NCBI GenBank assembly: GCA_038065395.1
Contig: JBBTRB010000002.1
Span: forward strand, 50,647-114,646
DNA length: 64,000 nt
Direction: 5' to 3'
Source: Patescibacteria group bacterium
Lineage (GTDB): Bacteria > Patescibacteriota > Minisyncoccia > Phycocordibacterales > PALSA-1337
In this document: piece by piece, positions 20,466 to 30,167 of the stretch
Layout: each line of letters opens with the position of its first letter
How positions within the stretch are numbered: the stretch's first letter is position 1
Position numbers and translations under genes: made by a program
Notes under the pieces: generated by a model
Told to the model about the DNA's origin: nothing
Seen by the model: only the letters and a program-made list of their open reading frames with translations
Database searches by the model: none

Positions 20466-21650
20466 TTATGCGACGATCTTCGTTATAACTCCAGCGCCTA
20501 CTGTCTTGCCTCCTTCACGAACAGCGAAACGCTGCTGTGCTTCGAGCGCAACTGGTGCTACGAGTTTGACTTTGAAGGTCAAGGTGTCTCCTGGCATAAC
20601 CATCTCTTGAGAGAGAGTTACTTCGCCAGTGACGTCTGTAGTACGGATATAGAACTGAGGCTTGTATCCAGTGAAGAATGGTGTGTGACGTCCTCCCTCT
20701 TCTTTCTTGAGGATGTATACTTCTGCCTCGAACTCTGTGTGAGGCTTGACTGAACCTGGCTTGGCGAGGACCTGACCGCGAGATACGCCATCCTTGGCGG
20801 TACCACGGAGGAGGAGTCCTGCATTGTCTCCAGCCATGCCCTCCTTGAGCTGCTTGTTGAACATTTCGATACCAGTGATGACGGTCTTTGTGGTGTCTTT
20901 GAAACCGATGATCTCGACTTCTTCACCAACCTTGACCATACCACGCTCGATACGACCAGTAACTACTGTGCCGCGACCTTCGATAGAGAAGATGTCCTCG
21001 ATAGGCATGAGGAATGGCTTGTCTGTTTCGCGAACTGGCTCTGGGATGAAGGTGTCGAGAGCATTCATGAGTTCGTCGATCTTTGCTGACCATACTGGGT
21101 CGCCTTCGAGAGCCTTGAGGCCTGAACCACGGATAACAGGGGCTACTTTGCCATCGAAACCGTTCTTGGTGAGGAGTTCACGCACTTCTTCTTCGACGAG
21201 GTCGAGAAGGTCTGCTTCGGCGACTGCATCACACTTGTTGAGGAAGACGAGAACACGTGGAACACCAACCTGCTTTGCAAGGAGGATGTGCTCGCGTGTC
21301 TGTGGCATAACACCGTCAAGAGCAGAAACCACGAGGATAGCACCGTCCATTTGGGCGGCACCGGTGATCATGTTCTTGATGTAGTCGGCGTGACCTGGAG
21401 CGTCGATGTGAGCATAGTGACGCTTGTCTGACTCGTATTCTACGTGAGCAAGAGAGATAGTAACGATCTTGGATGCATCACGAACAGTACCGCCCTTTGC
21501 GATATCTGAGTAAGCCTTTGCATTGGCAAGACCCTTCTTTGCCTGAACGGCAAGGATAGATGCTGTCAATGTTGTCTTGCCGTGGTCAACGTGACCGATA
21601 GTACCCACGTTTACATGGGGCTTTGTACGATTGAATTCTGCTGCTGCCAT
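20466..21650 (-). CDS. tuf: Elongation factor Tu
   Basis: [37 protein letters not shown]. Confidence 0.98.
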   Translation of the reverse strand: MAAAEFNRTKPHVNVGTIGHVDHGKTTLTASILAVQAKKGLANAKAYSDIAKGGTVRDASKIVTISLAHVEYESDKRHYAHIDAPGHADYIKNMITGAAQMDGAILVVSALDGVMPQTREHILLAKQVGVPRVLVFLNKCDAVAEADLLDLVEEEVRELLTKNGFDGKVAPVIRGSGLKALEGDPVWSAKIDELMNALDTFIPEPVRETDKPFLMPIEDIFSIEGRGTVVTGRIERGMVKVGEEVEIIGFKDTTKTVITGIEMFNKQLKEGMAGDNAGLLLRGTAKDGVSRGQVLAKPGSVKPHTEFEAEVYILKKEEGGRHTPFFTGYKPQFYIRTTDVTGEVTLSQEMVMPGDTLTFKVKLVAPVALEAQQRFAVREGGKTVGAGVITKIVA

Positions 21651-21842
21651 AATATTGTTTTAGTGCCCTGATAGTTTGAACCGTATCGTTCGAGTGAGTG
21701 CGTATGCCGCCCAAACGACGAGGTTCAAACTTATCCGGGATAAATTATTAGTAGTTTTTAAAACGCCCTGCATACGAACATACAGGTAGGTGCGTAAGAA
21801 CGATCTTAGCACGATGGTGAATAAAGTCAACTTCTGTGGCTT

Positions 21843-21896
21843 TTTATCCTTTCTTGAGACTAAATTCATAGGAAATTCATCTCAGGCTGGTAGGCT
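21843..21896 (+). promoter_or_regulatory. Conserved upstream box plus -10 element (copy 1)
   Basis: TTTATCCTTTCTTGAGACTAAATTCAT-N21-TAGGCT-N6-ATG(21903). Confidence 0.7.
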
Positions 21897-21902
21897 CTGA
21901 TG

Positions 21903-22256
21903 ATGCCACGAGAAAATCGGAGAGAGATTCTCCAAAGATACCATGATATGTACTACAGGATCAGGAAGGTTGCCTGCCCTGCTTTCTCGAAGGAGTTTGT
22001 TCATTTTAATAGACATGGGTTTAATCACCTCATTCGAAAAGGAAGAAAACTAAGGAAATTTGAAGATCAAATCAGACGCCTTAGATTATTGCCCAAAGCA
22101 GTAAGCATTCTAATGCGAGTTGACCAAATTATATCCTGCAAAACAATCCGAGAAGGTACTCGTGTGATAGATTTTTGGGAAATTGAGAGTGATAATGTCC
22201 ACGTCATTATTCGTAAGGTAAATAATGGTTCACTTCACTTTTTTAGTATTTTTTGA
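21903..22256 (+). CDS. Basic hypothetical protein, possibly a BECR/RelE-like nuclease fold
   Basis: VHFNRHGFNHL and VHVIIRK...LHFFSIF; fold assignment is inferred. Confidence 0.6.
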   Translation: MPRENRREILQRYHDMYYRIRKVACPAFSKEFVHFNRHGFNHLIRKGRKLRKFEDQIRRLRLLPKAVSILMRVDQIISCKTIREGTRVIDFWEIESDNVHVIIRKVNNGSLHFFSIF

Positions 22257-22259
22257 GAC

Positions 22260-22355
22260 AAAAAAGCCTCCGAAGAGGCTTTTAAGCGTTCGCCACCAGC
22301 TTTAGCCGATAGCACCTTCTTGGGATTCCTCCCAAAGGCACGCGAACAACGTACA
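22260..22355 (-). ncRNA. Candidate small structured RNA
   Basis: Minus-strand TTGACG-N16-TAACAT promoter (22362-22389), multi-stem region, terminator at 22260-22283. Confidence 0.4.
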
Positions 22356-22402
22356 TAGACTATGTTAGCAAAAATTTTGAGTTCGTCAATCCTCTTCCAA
22401 GA

Positions 22403-25400
22403 CTACTGCCCCATAAAGTAACCTCTCACCGCCTCCCAGATCGAAGCCCTAGTATTGGCCTGACTTGTTGGTGATGGAGTAGGTGTCGGTGTAGCTGAGG
22501 TGCTCTGTTTGACGGTTGATGCAGGGACCGTAGCTGTCAACGTAGAACCATCATCGAAGGTTACCGTGAGTGTTCCGCCTGAGAATGTGGTCGACTCTGC
22601 TTGACCGTAGAGATCGAGAGATGTGGCTCCTGCATTGACTGCAATCGAGGCATTGTAACTTGAGTTCATAGAGACTCCATTCAAGAACACTGCGACCGGA
22701 TAATAACTGTTACTTGTCGAGGACCACATTTCATTCCTGTGTTGTAGCTGTATGCCTTTGATCGTACGTCCTGTCGGAAGAGTGAGCTTCGCTACCCAAT
22801 GCCAATCATTCGCATTCCTATTGACCATACCTGCACCAGGAGCAAATCCTGTGCCGACTTTGTCAGATGAGGCATCGACGAGGGTGGCGGAGAGTGAGGC
22901 TGTTGTTGGAGTGGTCGGAGTTACCGGAGTCACTGTGTAACATGTATAGTCTGAAGGACAACTCGTTACAGCCACTGGAGTACAAACATAACCGGCTGAA
23001 CATGAAGGATTGTTTCCTGGAGGGACACACATGTAACCTGCAGGACAGACAACAGGGGTCGGAGTCTGCGGCTTGATCGTCAACACTCCCTTCGCAACTG
23101 CGACTGAGTTTGAATATGCCATCACTGTGTATGTTCCTGGAGTGAGTGCTTGCGTGACTTTCGTTGACCAGCGGTTATTAACTACCGCGATGTCACCACT
23201 TCCCCAGACTTTATCTCCGCTCGCACTCGCAATATTTATACCAAATGGTGCTACGGTGTTGTACGCATATCCAGATATGGTAGGTGATATGGAAGTACTG
23301 ACCAAAGATGCGGAATCAATTGTTGCCGAAGGGTACGTAACCGCATCCACCCTCACGGTCGAACTTGTCTGCGCCTTTTGACCCGCAGCGTCAGTAACAG
23401 TTACTTTGACGGTGTAGGTGCCTGGATTTAAGTAAGAGTGAGTAAAGGTTGATGTCTGAACGAATGGTATTGATGCTGCGGTGATCATTCCCGGTTTCGT
23501 TGCTGTGTCACCCCAATCTATAGAATAACTGAGGGATCCATTTTCTGGGTCAGAGGCCATGATCTTCCATGTACCAACTTCCTTTGTCTTGAGGACTGTT
23601 GGGGCTGTGACGCCGTTGATGACGGGTGGGAGGTTGGTGGTTGGTGGTGCTATGATAGTTATATAACCGTCACTAAAATCACCCGCACCAGGTATCCCAC
23701 TTACACTTGTTATTTCTGCACGATACCTACCAAGCGGCATATCGGGTATATATACGGATTCTGCCCCATCATTCGCAGTACGGACGATATTTCTCGCAAT
23801 ACCATCATCACCATCAAAATAAATTTGCATTAATTCCGTACTCGGAACATTCACTGAATTCCAACGAATGGTATATGATTTCCCTACAGTAAACACTTCT
23901 CCTCCATTTGGACTCAGGACGGTGATGGAAGGTTGGGATACGGTCGAGGATGCGATACTGAATGTCGAACTTCTACCATAAATTCTACCGTCTGGGTCAT
24001 TTGCGACATCATGGATATCAATCTGATTATTCAAGGAGGCAACTCTTGGTATCCATCCGTAGATACATGTTCCACCGGAACATGCTGTCGTTGCGGATAC
24101 GGTGGCAATATTTTCATAACCAAAAGTCCCTCCGAGATTTATGGCATACAAAGGAGTTAATCCTTTTTCACGAGTGTCAGTCCAAATAATCTTGTACTGG
24201 AAGTTAGTCTGCAACACCTCACCAATTTTTGGATTTGTGACGGTGATGGCAGGGGTAGTTGTCGTAGCGACCACATTGACTATGACGGTACTAGTCGCGG
24301 CACTGGCAGAACCAACACTACTCCTATAGCAGGTCAAAGAATATCTGAATGTTCCCGCAGAAGCTGGGGCAACGATACTCAGCAAGCCGCTCGTTGTCCG
24401 ACTGGTATACATATTCCAATTCGGAACCTGGTTAGAGGTATAACACGTATCTGCGTTACTTGATGTCCACGAGAGATTCAGTGGTGACAACGTGTTGACA
24501 TTAAGTGGACCAGATGAGCCGTTGATGGTGAGGTTTACCGAGGCAGGGGTAGAAGTAGGCACGCTCCCTGTTCCATTCATAAATACATAATTCGTCATCC
24601 AATCAAATTCTCCCATATAGGTATTTTTGTCTCCACTAGAGCCACTCCAGTTAAAAGATTCGAGCTTCACGGCATAGTTACCAGCTACATGCTGAGAAGA
24701 TGACGCTGCAAATAGGTTCCACACTTGAAAAGTACTAGTATCCCCTTCTTCAATAGTATATGACCCGTCCACATTCCAACTTGCATTAGAGATACTACTA
24801 TAGCTTGTCACGAATTCCACAGCATCACTCTTTTGAGGATATATCCTTGTACCTGAACGATATAGACCGACACTAAACGCATTAGCAGGAATGGTTATAT
24901 CGGAACCTGATGCGGTTATTTTAATAGTAAATACTGATGACAACTGACTACTGCGTGGATTTTCATATGAGTACACCTCAGAAGTCTTCGAAACTAATGC
25001 TACTGCCATCTCAGAAGTTGGCCTCGTCACTTCACTCAAAGTAACGCTTCGATGATCATCATTTACAGAAATACCTAGGATTCCTTCGTTCCCGAACACA
25101 CCACCACGCAACTCAAACATATTCATCAAATAATCACCTGGGTTTGTGTTAAGATATAGTCCTATACCATTTGATGGTAATGGGGGGATATTCAAGTCAC
25201 CTTTTTCGGTGACAATGTCAGCAAAGAATGTACCTATGTAACCATCACCTTCCTCAACAACCGCTTTGATGCGACCGTTTTCTGCAGAGAGAGTATACTT
25301 GTCTGGCTTAGCTAACCCATTTTCAATGACATGATCTATGACATATCTTGTGCTTGAAGCGTAAACTCGCGCAGTGATGCTCTCGGTGCCCCACTTCACA

Positions 25401-25942
25401 TCTGCATAATAGTTACCCGTTGGTATATTAGGAAAATTGAATGTATCTATAGGAACAATGGAACCAAATTCATTACGAAGCGTGAGTGTTCCCTGATCTT
25501 TTATAGAACCAGAGTCCTCACGTACTTTGAAGTACATAACACCTGGTACTGGTGTTGTAAGAACACACGCATTCAAACTCGCTCTCGTCACTGGCCCAAA
25601 ATACCCCGTGGCTTCAATACCAACACTAGTCTGATATTTCTTGAGAGCCTGAGAAGTTTCGACTCCATAATAGCCGTATGGGTAGAATCCGACTTGCAAA
25701 GACGGGAGACTGAATCCTTTTGATATCAAAAGCTTTTGCAACGCGGTCACATCGTCACCTCGAGAACCGATAGTGAGATTGGTAGTGAAGGTGTAGCAAG
25801 GAACTGGAGTAGGATTGCTACTACCTCCTCCACCACCGTTACTTGGAGATGTTTGAGCTTGCGTCTGTGAGATGAATACAACAAAAAGCATCGCCACGAC
25901 GAGAAGCGATGCTTTTGTTACGAATGATACAAATTTGTTCAT
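22403..25942 (-). CDS. Large secreted surface protein (peptidoglycan-binding domain, Ig-like/PKD domains, Cys-rich repeats)
   Basis: Signal peptide; LTIGSRGDDVTALQ...TGYFGPVTRA; SPNGGE; DWGD...HSY..PGTY; CPAGY.C repeats. Confidence 0.85.
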   Translation of the reverse strand: MNKFVSFVTKASLLVVAMLFVVFISQTQAQTSPSNGGGGGSSNPTPVPCYTFTTNLTIGSRGDDVTALQKLLISKGFSLPSLQVGFYPYGYYGVETSQALKKYQTSVGIEATGYFGPVTRASLNACVLTTPVPGVMYFKVREDSGSIKDQGTLTLRNEFGSIVPIDTFNFPNIPTGNYYADVKWGTESITARVYASSTRYVIDHVIENGLAKPDKYTLSAENGRIKAVVEEGDGYIGTFFADIVTEKGDLNIPPLPSNGIGLYLNTNPGDYLMNMFELRGGVFGNEGILGISVNDDHRSVTLSEVTRPTSEMAVALVSKTSEVYSYENPRSSQLSSVFTIKITASGSDITIPANAFSVGLYRSGTRIYPQKSDAVEFVTSYSSISNASWNVDGSYTIEEGDTSTFQVWNLFAASSSQHVAGNYAVKLESFNWSGSSGDKNTYMGEFDWMTNYVFMNGTGSVPTSTPASVNLTINGSSGPLNVNTLSPLNLSWTSSNADTCYTSNQVPNWNMYTSRTTSGLLSIVAPASAGTFRYSLTCYRSSVGSASAATSTVIVNVVATTTTPAITVTNPKIGEVLQTNFQYKIIWTDTREKGLTPLYAINLGGTFGYENIATVSATTACSGGTCIYGWIPRVASLNNQIDIHDVANDPDGRIYGRSSTFSIASSTVSQPSITVLSPNGGEVFTVGKSYTIRWNSVNVPSTELMQIYFDGDDGIARNIVRTANDGAESVYIPDMPLGRYRAEITSVSGIPGAGDFSDGYITIIAPPTTNLPPVINGVTAPTVLKTKEVGTWKIMASDPENGSLSYSIDWGDTATKPGMITAASIPFVQTSTFTHSYLNPGTYTVKVTVTDAAGQKAQTSSTVRVDAVTYPSATIDSASLVSTSISPTISGYAYNTVAPFGINIASASGDKVWGSGDIAVVNNRWSTKVTQALTPGTYTVMAYSNSVAVAKGVLTIKPQTPTPVVCPAGYMCVPPGNNPSCSAGYVCTPVAVTSCPSDYTCYTVTPVTPTTPTTASLSATLVDASSDKVGTGFAPGAGMVNRNANDWHWVAKLTLPTGRTIKGIQLQHRNEMWSSTSNSYYPVAVFLNGVSMNSSYNASIAVNAGATSLDLYGQAESTTFSGGTLTVTFDDGSTLTATVPASTVKQSTSATPTPTPSPTSQANTRASIWEAVRGYFMGQ

Positions 25943-26036
25943 ATAAAGGATGGTAAGTTGGATAATATCTATAGTATAGATACCCCGCATTATATCACCC
26001 CCCCCCACTTAAAATACATTTTACAGGTGGATAAAA

Positions 26037-26064
26037 CGCAGATCCCCGCATTCGCGGGGATGAC
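26037..26064. repeat. REP-like palindrome, family A
   Basis: CGCAGATCCCCGCATTCGCGGGGATGAC. Confidence 0.75.
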
Positions 26065-26100
26065 TGCTACGTTATGATGTTGTGATGACAACGGACCTAA

Positions 26101-28245
26101 TTATTTTCGTTTTTCCGCGATCTCCTTCTCAACGTTCGCTGGTACTACTTCGTAGTGGTCGAATTCCATCATGGCACTGCCCTGACCGGAAGTCATAGAG
26201 CGTAGAGCTGTGGTGTAACCGAACATTTCTGATAGAGGCACCTTGGCATGGATAGCGATAGCCTGACCACGTGGTTCAGAACCTTCGACTTGACCGCGCT
26301 TGGAAGCGATGGAGCCGTTGACGTCACCCATGAATTTCTCTGGAGTGATGACCTCAAGCTTCATGATAGGCTCGAGGATCACAGGCTTTGCACGTCGAGC
26401 GGCTTCTTGGAAGGCCTGAGATGCAGCGATCTTGTAGGCGATTTCGGATGAGTCAACGTCGTGATATGAACCGTAGGTGAGCTCGCAAGAGACATTCACC
26501 AGTCTGAAACCGGCAACAATACCGCGGTCCATGGCTTCATGTACACCCTTTTCAACTGCAGGGATGAATTCTCCTGGGATAACACCTCCTTTGATCGAGT
26601 TGATGAATTCGAAGTCATCATAGCGCTTGATATGCTTGGGGATCTTCTCACCTTCTGGCCATGGTTCCATAGGCTTGATAGTGATCTTGACGTGACCGTA
26701 CTGACCTTTACCTCCAGTTTGCTTGATATATTTGTGTTCCGCCTCGGCAGTGCCCATGATCGTCTCACGATAGGCTACCTGAGGAGCACCGACGTTGGCT
26801 TCTACGCCGAACTCACGCTTCATACGGTCGATCATGATCTCGAGGTGCAGTTCTCCCATACCAGAGATGATCGTCTCACCTGTTTCTTGGTTAGAAGATA
26901 CACGGAATGTTGGATCTTCGTTACCGAGCTTCTTGAGTGCAAGACCCATCTTTTCTTGGTCGGCCTTGGTCTTTGGCTCAATACGGAGAGAGACCACTGG
27001 TTCCATGAACTTGATAGTTTCGAGGACGATCGGCTTGGTTTCGTCACAGAAGGTATGTGATGTCAGCGCGTCTTTGAGACCTACCGCAGCAGCGATCTCA
27101 CCTGCGAAGACTTTTTTGACCTCTTCACGCTTGTCAGCTTGGAGGCGGACGATGCGACCGAGGCGCTCTTTCTTGCCCGTAGTGGAGTTGTAGATATAGG
27201 TACCAGACTCGATAGATCCAGAATATACACGGAAGAAGGTCAATGCTCCGACGAATGGGTCGTTCTGGAGTTTGAAAGCCAATGCAGAGAACGGTTCTGT
27301 ATCAGATGGACCACGGAATACTTCTTCGCCTGTTTCTGGGTTGATACCTCTAACTGGTGGGATATCGAGTGGAGATGGGAGATAGTCGACAACCGCATCG
27401 AGAACGAGTTGTACGCCGACATTCTTGAGAGCAGATCCGGTGAATACCGGGAAGATCTTGTTGGCAATCACGGCCTTGCGAGTCAACGTCTTGAGTTCAT
27501 CCATAGTGAACTCTGCCCCTTCGAGGAAGCGGTTCATGGCAGCATCATCGGTCTCGACGATCTTTTCGATCATGATAGCGCGATATTTCTTGGCGTCAGC
27601 GAGCATATCTGCAGGGATTTCTTGTTCATTGATGACAATACCCTTCTCACCACTGAAGGTATATGCCTTCATGCGCATCAGGTCGACAACGCCGTTGTGG
27701 TCACCTTCGAGACCGATCGGGAGTTGGAAACGAACGGCGTTCTTGTTGAGACGTTCGAGTATCGAGGCATATGAACGCTCGAATGAGGCGCCGGTACGGT
27801 CCATCTTGTTGATGAAGCACAGACGTGGCACGTTACTCTCGTCAGCATAGCGCCAGTTGGTCTCGGACTGTGGTTCTACACCGGCTACACCGTCGAATAC
27901 GACTACCGCTCCGTCGAGTACGCGGAGCGAGCGCTTTACCTCTACGGTGAAGTCGATGTGCCCTGGAGTGTCGATAATGTTAAAACGGACTTTCTTGGAT
28001 ACATCTGTCGCTGGCATATAGGTCGGATTCCAGAAACAGGTGATGGCAGCCGCAGTGATCGTGATACCACGTTCGCGCTCTTGTTCCATCCAGTCGGTGG
28101 TTGTTTCACCTTCATGCACCTCGCCAATCTTGTGGATCATACCTGTGTAGTACAGGATACGCTCTGAAGTTGTGGTTTTGCCAGCATCGATGTGAGCAAT
28201 GATGCCGAAGTTACGCATTCTCTCGAGTGGGTAGTCGCGGTTCAT
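26101..28245 (-). CDS. fusA: Elongation factor G
   Basis: AHIDAGKTT, RGITI, DTPGH, NKMD, GMGELHLE, GSYHDVDSSE. Confidence 0.98.
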   Translation of the reverse strand: MNRDYPLERMRNFGIIAHIDAGKTTTSERILYYTGMIHKIGEVHEGETTTDWMEQERERGITITAAAITCFWNPTYMPATDVSKKVRFNIIDTPGHIDFTVEVKRSLRVLDGAVVVFDGVAGVEPQSETNWRYADESNVPRLCFINKMDRTGASFERSYASILERLNKNAVRFQLPIGLEGDHNGVVDLMRMKAYTFSGEKGIVINEQEIPADMLADAKKYRAIMIEKIVETDDAAMNRFLEGAEFTMDELKTLTRKAVIANKIFPVFTGSALKNVGVQLVLDAVVDYLPSPLDIPPVRGINPETGEEVFRGPSDTEPFSALAFKLQNDPFVGALTFFRVYSGSIESGTYIYNSTTGKKERLGRIVRLQADKREEVKKVFAGEIAAAVGLKDALTSHTFCDETKPIVLETIKFMEPVVSLRIEPKTKADQEKMGLALKKLGNEDPTFRVSSNQETGETIISGMGELHLEIMIDRMKREFGVEANVGAPQVAYRETIMGTAEAEHKYIKQTGGKGQYGHVKITIKPMEPWPEGEKIPKHIKRYDDFEFINSIKGGVIPGEFIPAVEKGVHEAMDRGIVAGFRLVNVSCELTYGSYHDVDSSEIAYKIAASQAFQEAARRAKPVILEPIMKLEVITPEKFMGDVNGSIASKRGQVEGSEPRGQAIAIHAKVPLSEMFGYTTALRSMTSGQGSAMMEFDHYEVVPANVEKEIAEKRK

Positions 28246-28279
28246 AAAAATCTTAAAAATTAAATCTTAAATTTCAAAT

Positions 28280-28636
28280 CTATTTAGTAATATTTCTCTT
28301 CATGGTGATGATACTTGCCCCTAAGATGTCTGCTATTTCGTGAGTCTCCTTTAATAGTGGATCGGCTATTATTTTTTGTATCTTTCCCGTATCACGAGCT
28401 AGTCCGATCCACATCTTTGACTCATTGGCCGATTTGAGACTATACATATAGAAGTTTATATAATCTTTTCTAGAACTTGCCCCTTTAGCTTCAACAATGT
28501 TTGCCACCACAGAAGTACCGCTCCTCACTAATTGCTTTGCGATAACCTGAGCCGAAGTATCTCCAGTGAACCTGTCGACACATTTTACGATATTTATGGC
28601 GTATTTGTACAATCTCTGATCAAAATCTTTTTTCAT
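28280..28636 (-). CDS. Four helix bundle protein (23S rRNA IVP/TIGR02436 family)
   Basis: QLVRSGTSVVANIVEA, SLKSANES; AT-rich. Confidence 0.88.
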   Translation of the reverse strand: MKKDFDQRLYKYAINIVKCVDRFTGDTSAQVIAKQLVRSGTSVVANIVEAKGASSRKDYINFYMYSLKSANESKMWIGLARDTGKIQKIIADPLLKETHEIADILGASIITMKRNITK

Positions 28637-28672
28637 CTTTAAGATTTGATTTTTAATCTTTTAGATTAAAAC

Positions 28673-29143
28673 TTACCACGCAAAGTGAGCAAAAGCCTTG
28701 TTGGCCTCGGCCATCTTGTGGACGTTTTCGCGTTTCTTGACGGCTTCGCCTTCATTCTTGGAAGCAGCAATGATCTCGTCAGCGAGTTTCTCGGCGATCG
28801 GCTTGCCCTTTTTGGAGCGAGCGGCTTCGACGATCCACTTCATAGAGAGAGACTGTTTGCGCTCTGGGCGAACCTCGCGAGGGACCTGATAGTTGGCACC
28901 ACCGACACGGCGGGAGCGCACTTCCATCTGAGGTGAGGTGTTCTTGAGAGCAGCTTCGAAAACCTCTATCGGATTCTCGACTTTGGCCTTCTCCTTGATG
29001 ACGTTCATACAGTCATAGACTGCGGTACGTGCAGTGTTTTTCTTGCCAGATTCCATCACATAGTTGATGAACTTTGAGATCTTGAGAGACTCGTAGGCTG
29101 CATCTGGATTGAGGGTGCGTTTTATATTGAGTTTACGTCGCAT
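28673..29143 (-). CDS. rpsG: 30S ribosomal protein S7
   Basis: EVRSRRVGGANYQVP, HKMAEANKAFAHF. Confidence 0.98.
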   Translation of the reverse strand: MRRKLNIKRTLNPDAAYESLKISKFINYVMESGKKNTARTAVYDCMNVIKEKAKVENPIEVFEAALKNTSPQMEVRSRRVGGANYQVPREVRPERKQSLSMKWIVEAARSKKGKPIAEKLADEIIAASKNEGEAVKKRENVHKMAEANKAFAHFAW

Positions 29144-29153
29144 AGTAGTTTAA

Positions 29154-29573
29154 TTATACTTTCGCTGCTTTAGGCTTCTTGTTGCCGTATTGACTACGAC
29201 CTTTGCGGCGCTTTTCGACACCAGCGCAGTCCAACACTCCACGAACGACAGAATAACGGAGACCTACATCCTTCACACGACCTCCACGAAGGAGAACCAC
29301 TGAGTGCTCTTGGAGGTTATGACCTTCGCCTGGAACATAGGCGGTCACTTCGACACCGTTGGAAAGGCGTACACGAGCGATCTTGCGGACAGCTGAGTTT
29401 GGCTTCTTTGGTGTCTTGGTGGTGACTTTGACACATACACCACGCTTGAATGGTGATGGGAAGAACACGGGCTGGTTCTTGATATGGTTGAACGTACGGG
29501 TCAAAGCAATAGACTTTGACTTGCGCTTGAACAACGTTCGATTTCTCTTGGTGAGCTGATTGATTGTTGGCAT
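29154..29573 (-). CDS. rpsL: 30S ribosomal protein S12
   Basis: [27 protein letters not shown]. Confidence 0.98.
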   Translation of the reverse strand: MPTINQLTKRNRTLFKRKSKSIALTRTFNHIKNQPVFFPSPFKRGVCVKVTTKTPKKPNSAVRKIARVRLSNGVEVTAYVPGEGHNLQEHSVVLLRGGRVKDVGLRYSVVRGVLDCAGVEKRRKGRSQYGNKKPKAAKV

Positions 29574-29853
29574 TCTAATTACTAATTACCTTATTCTAGT
29601 TACTCCTTGTGGCAATCCTGAATTATTCACCGCTTTTGGTCTGAGATCCTCGAAATAATTCCGAGATACCGAGGCGATTACTCATTCTTGCCTTAATAAT
29701 GGCTATTTCCAAGGGATGTACCCATGGAGACAGTGATGTGTAACTTACCATAAGGGTCTGAAAGTGGCAATGTTTGGCCCAGGTCTGTCCTAGGCCGAGG
29801 CATGAAAAAGCGACCTCGAAAGGTCGCTTGAATACGAAAGGTGAAGGGTTGTC

Positions 29854-30021
29854 TTAGCGCACAACTCCCTGACGAGTATGGTGCCCTGGCTTCAAATGTG
29901 TCGTCAAACCATGAGCGAGGATAATCCTCGAAGGTCGATCCTCTGAATCGTGATCACCGAGCTTACGTTTAGCGCGCGCACTTGCAAGCCGCGCTTTATT
30001 CGAAGAACCATTTCGTGCCAT
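29854..30021 (-). CDS. Unannotated small basic protein (55 aa, MARNGSSNKARLASARAKRK...)
   Basis: AGGAG SD at 30030-30034, TTGACA box upstream, terminator hairpin at 29805-29829. Confidence 0.55.
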   Translation of the reverse strand: MARNGSSNKARLASARAKRKLGDHDSEDRPSRIILAHGLTTHLKPGHHTRQGVVR

Positions 30022-30167
30022 ACGTTAATCTCCTATAACAGATATGTGGTTTGTTTTCGTGGACAAGAAACAACGTCCATATACAAAAATATCAAATATT
30101 ACTAGTGTGTCAACTGGGTATAGCCAGCCCAGGTCTACCCTAGGTCATACCTAGGATAGACCTAGGG

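Noticed and set aside
30128-30166. CRISPR-like repeats
   Set aside because: Short palindromes with no regular spacers and no cas genes
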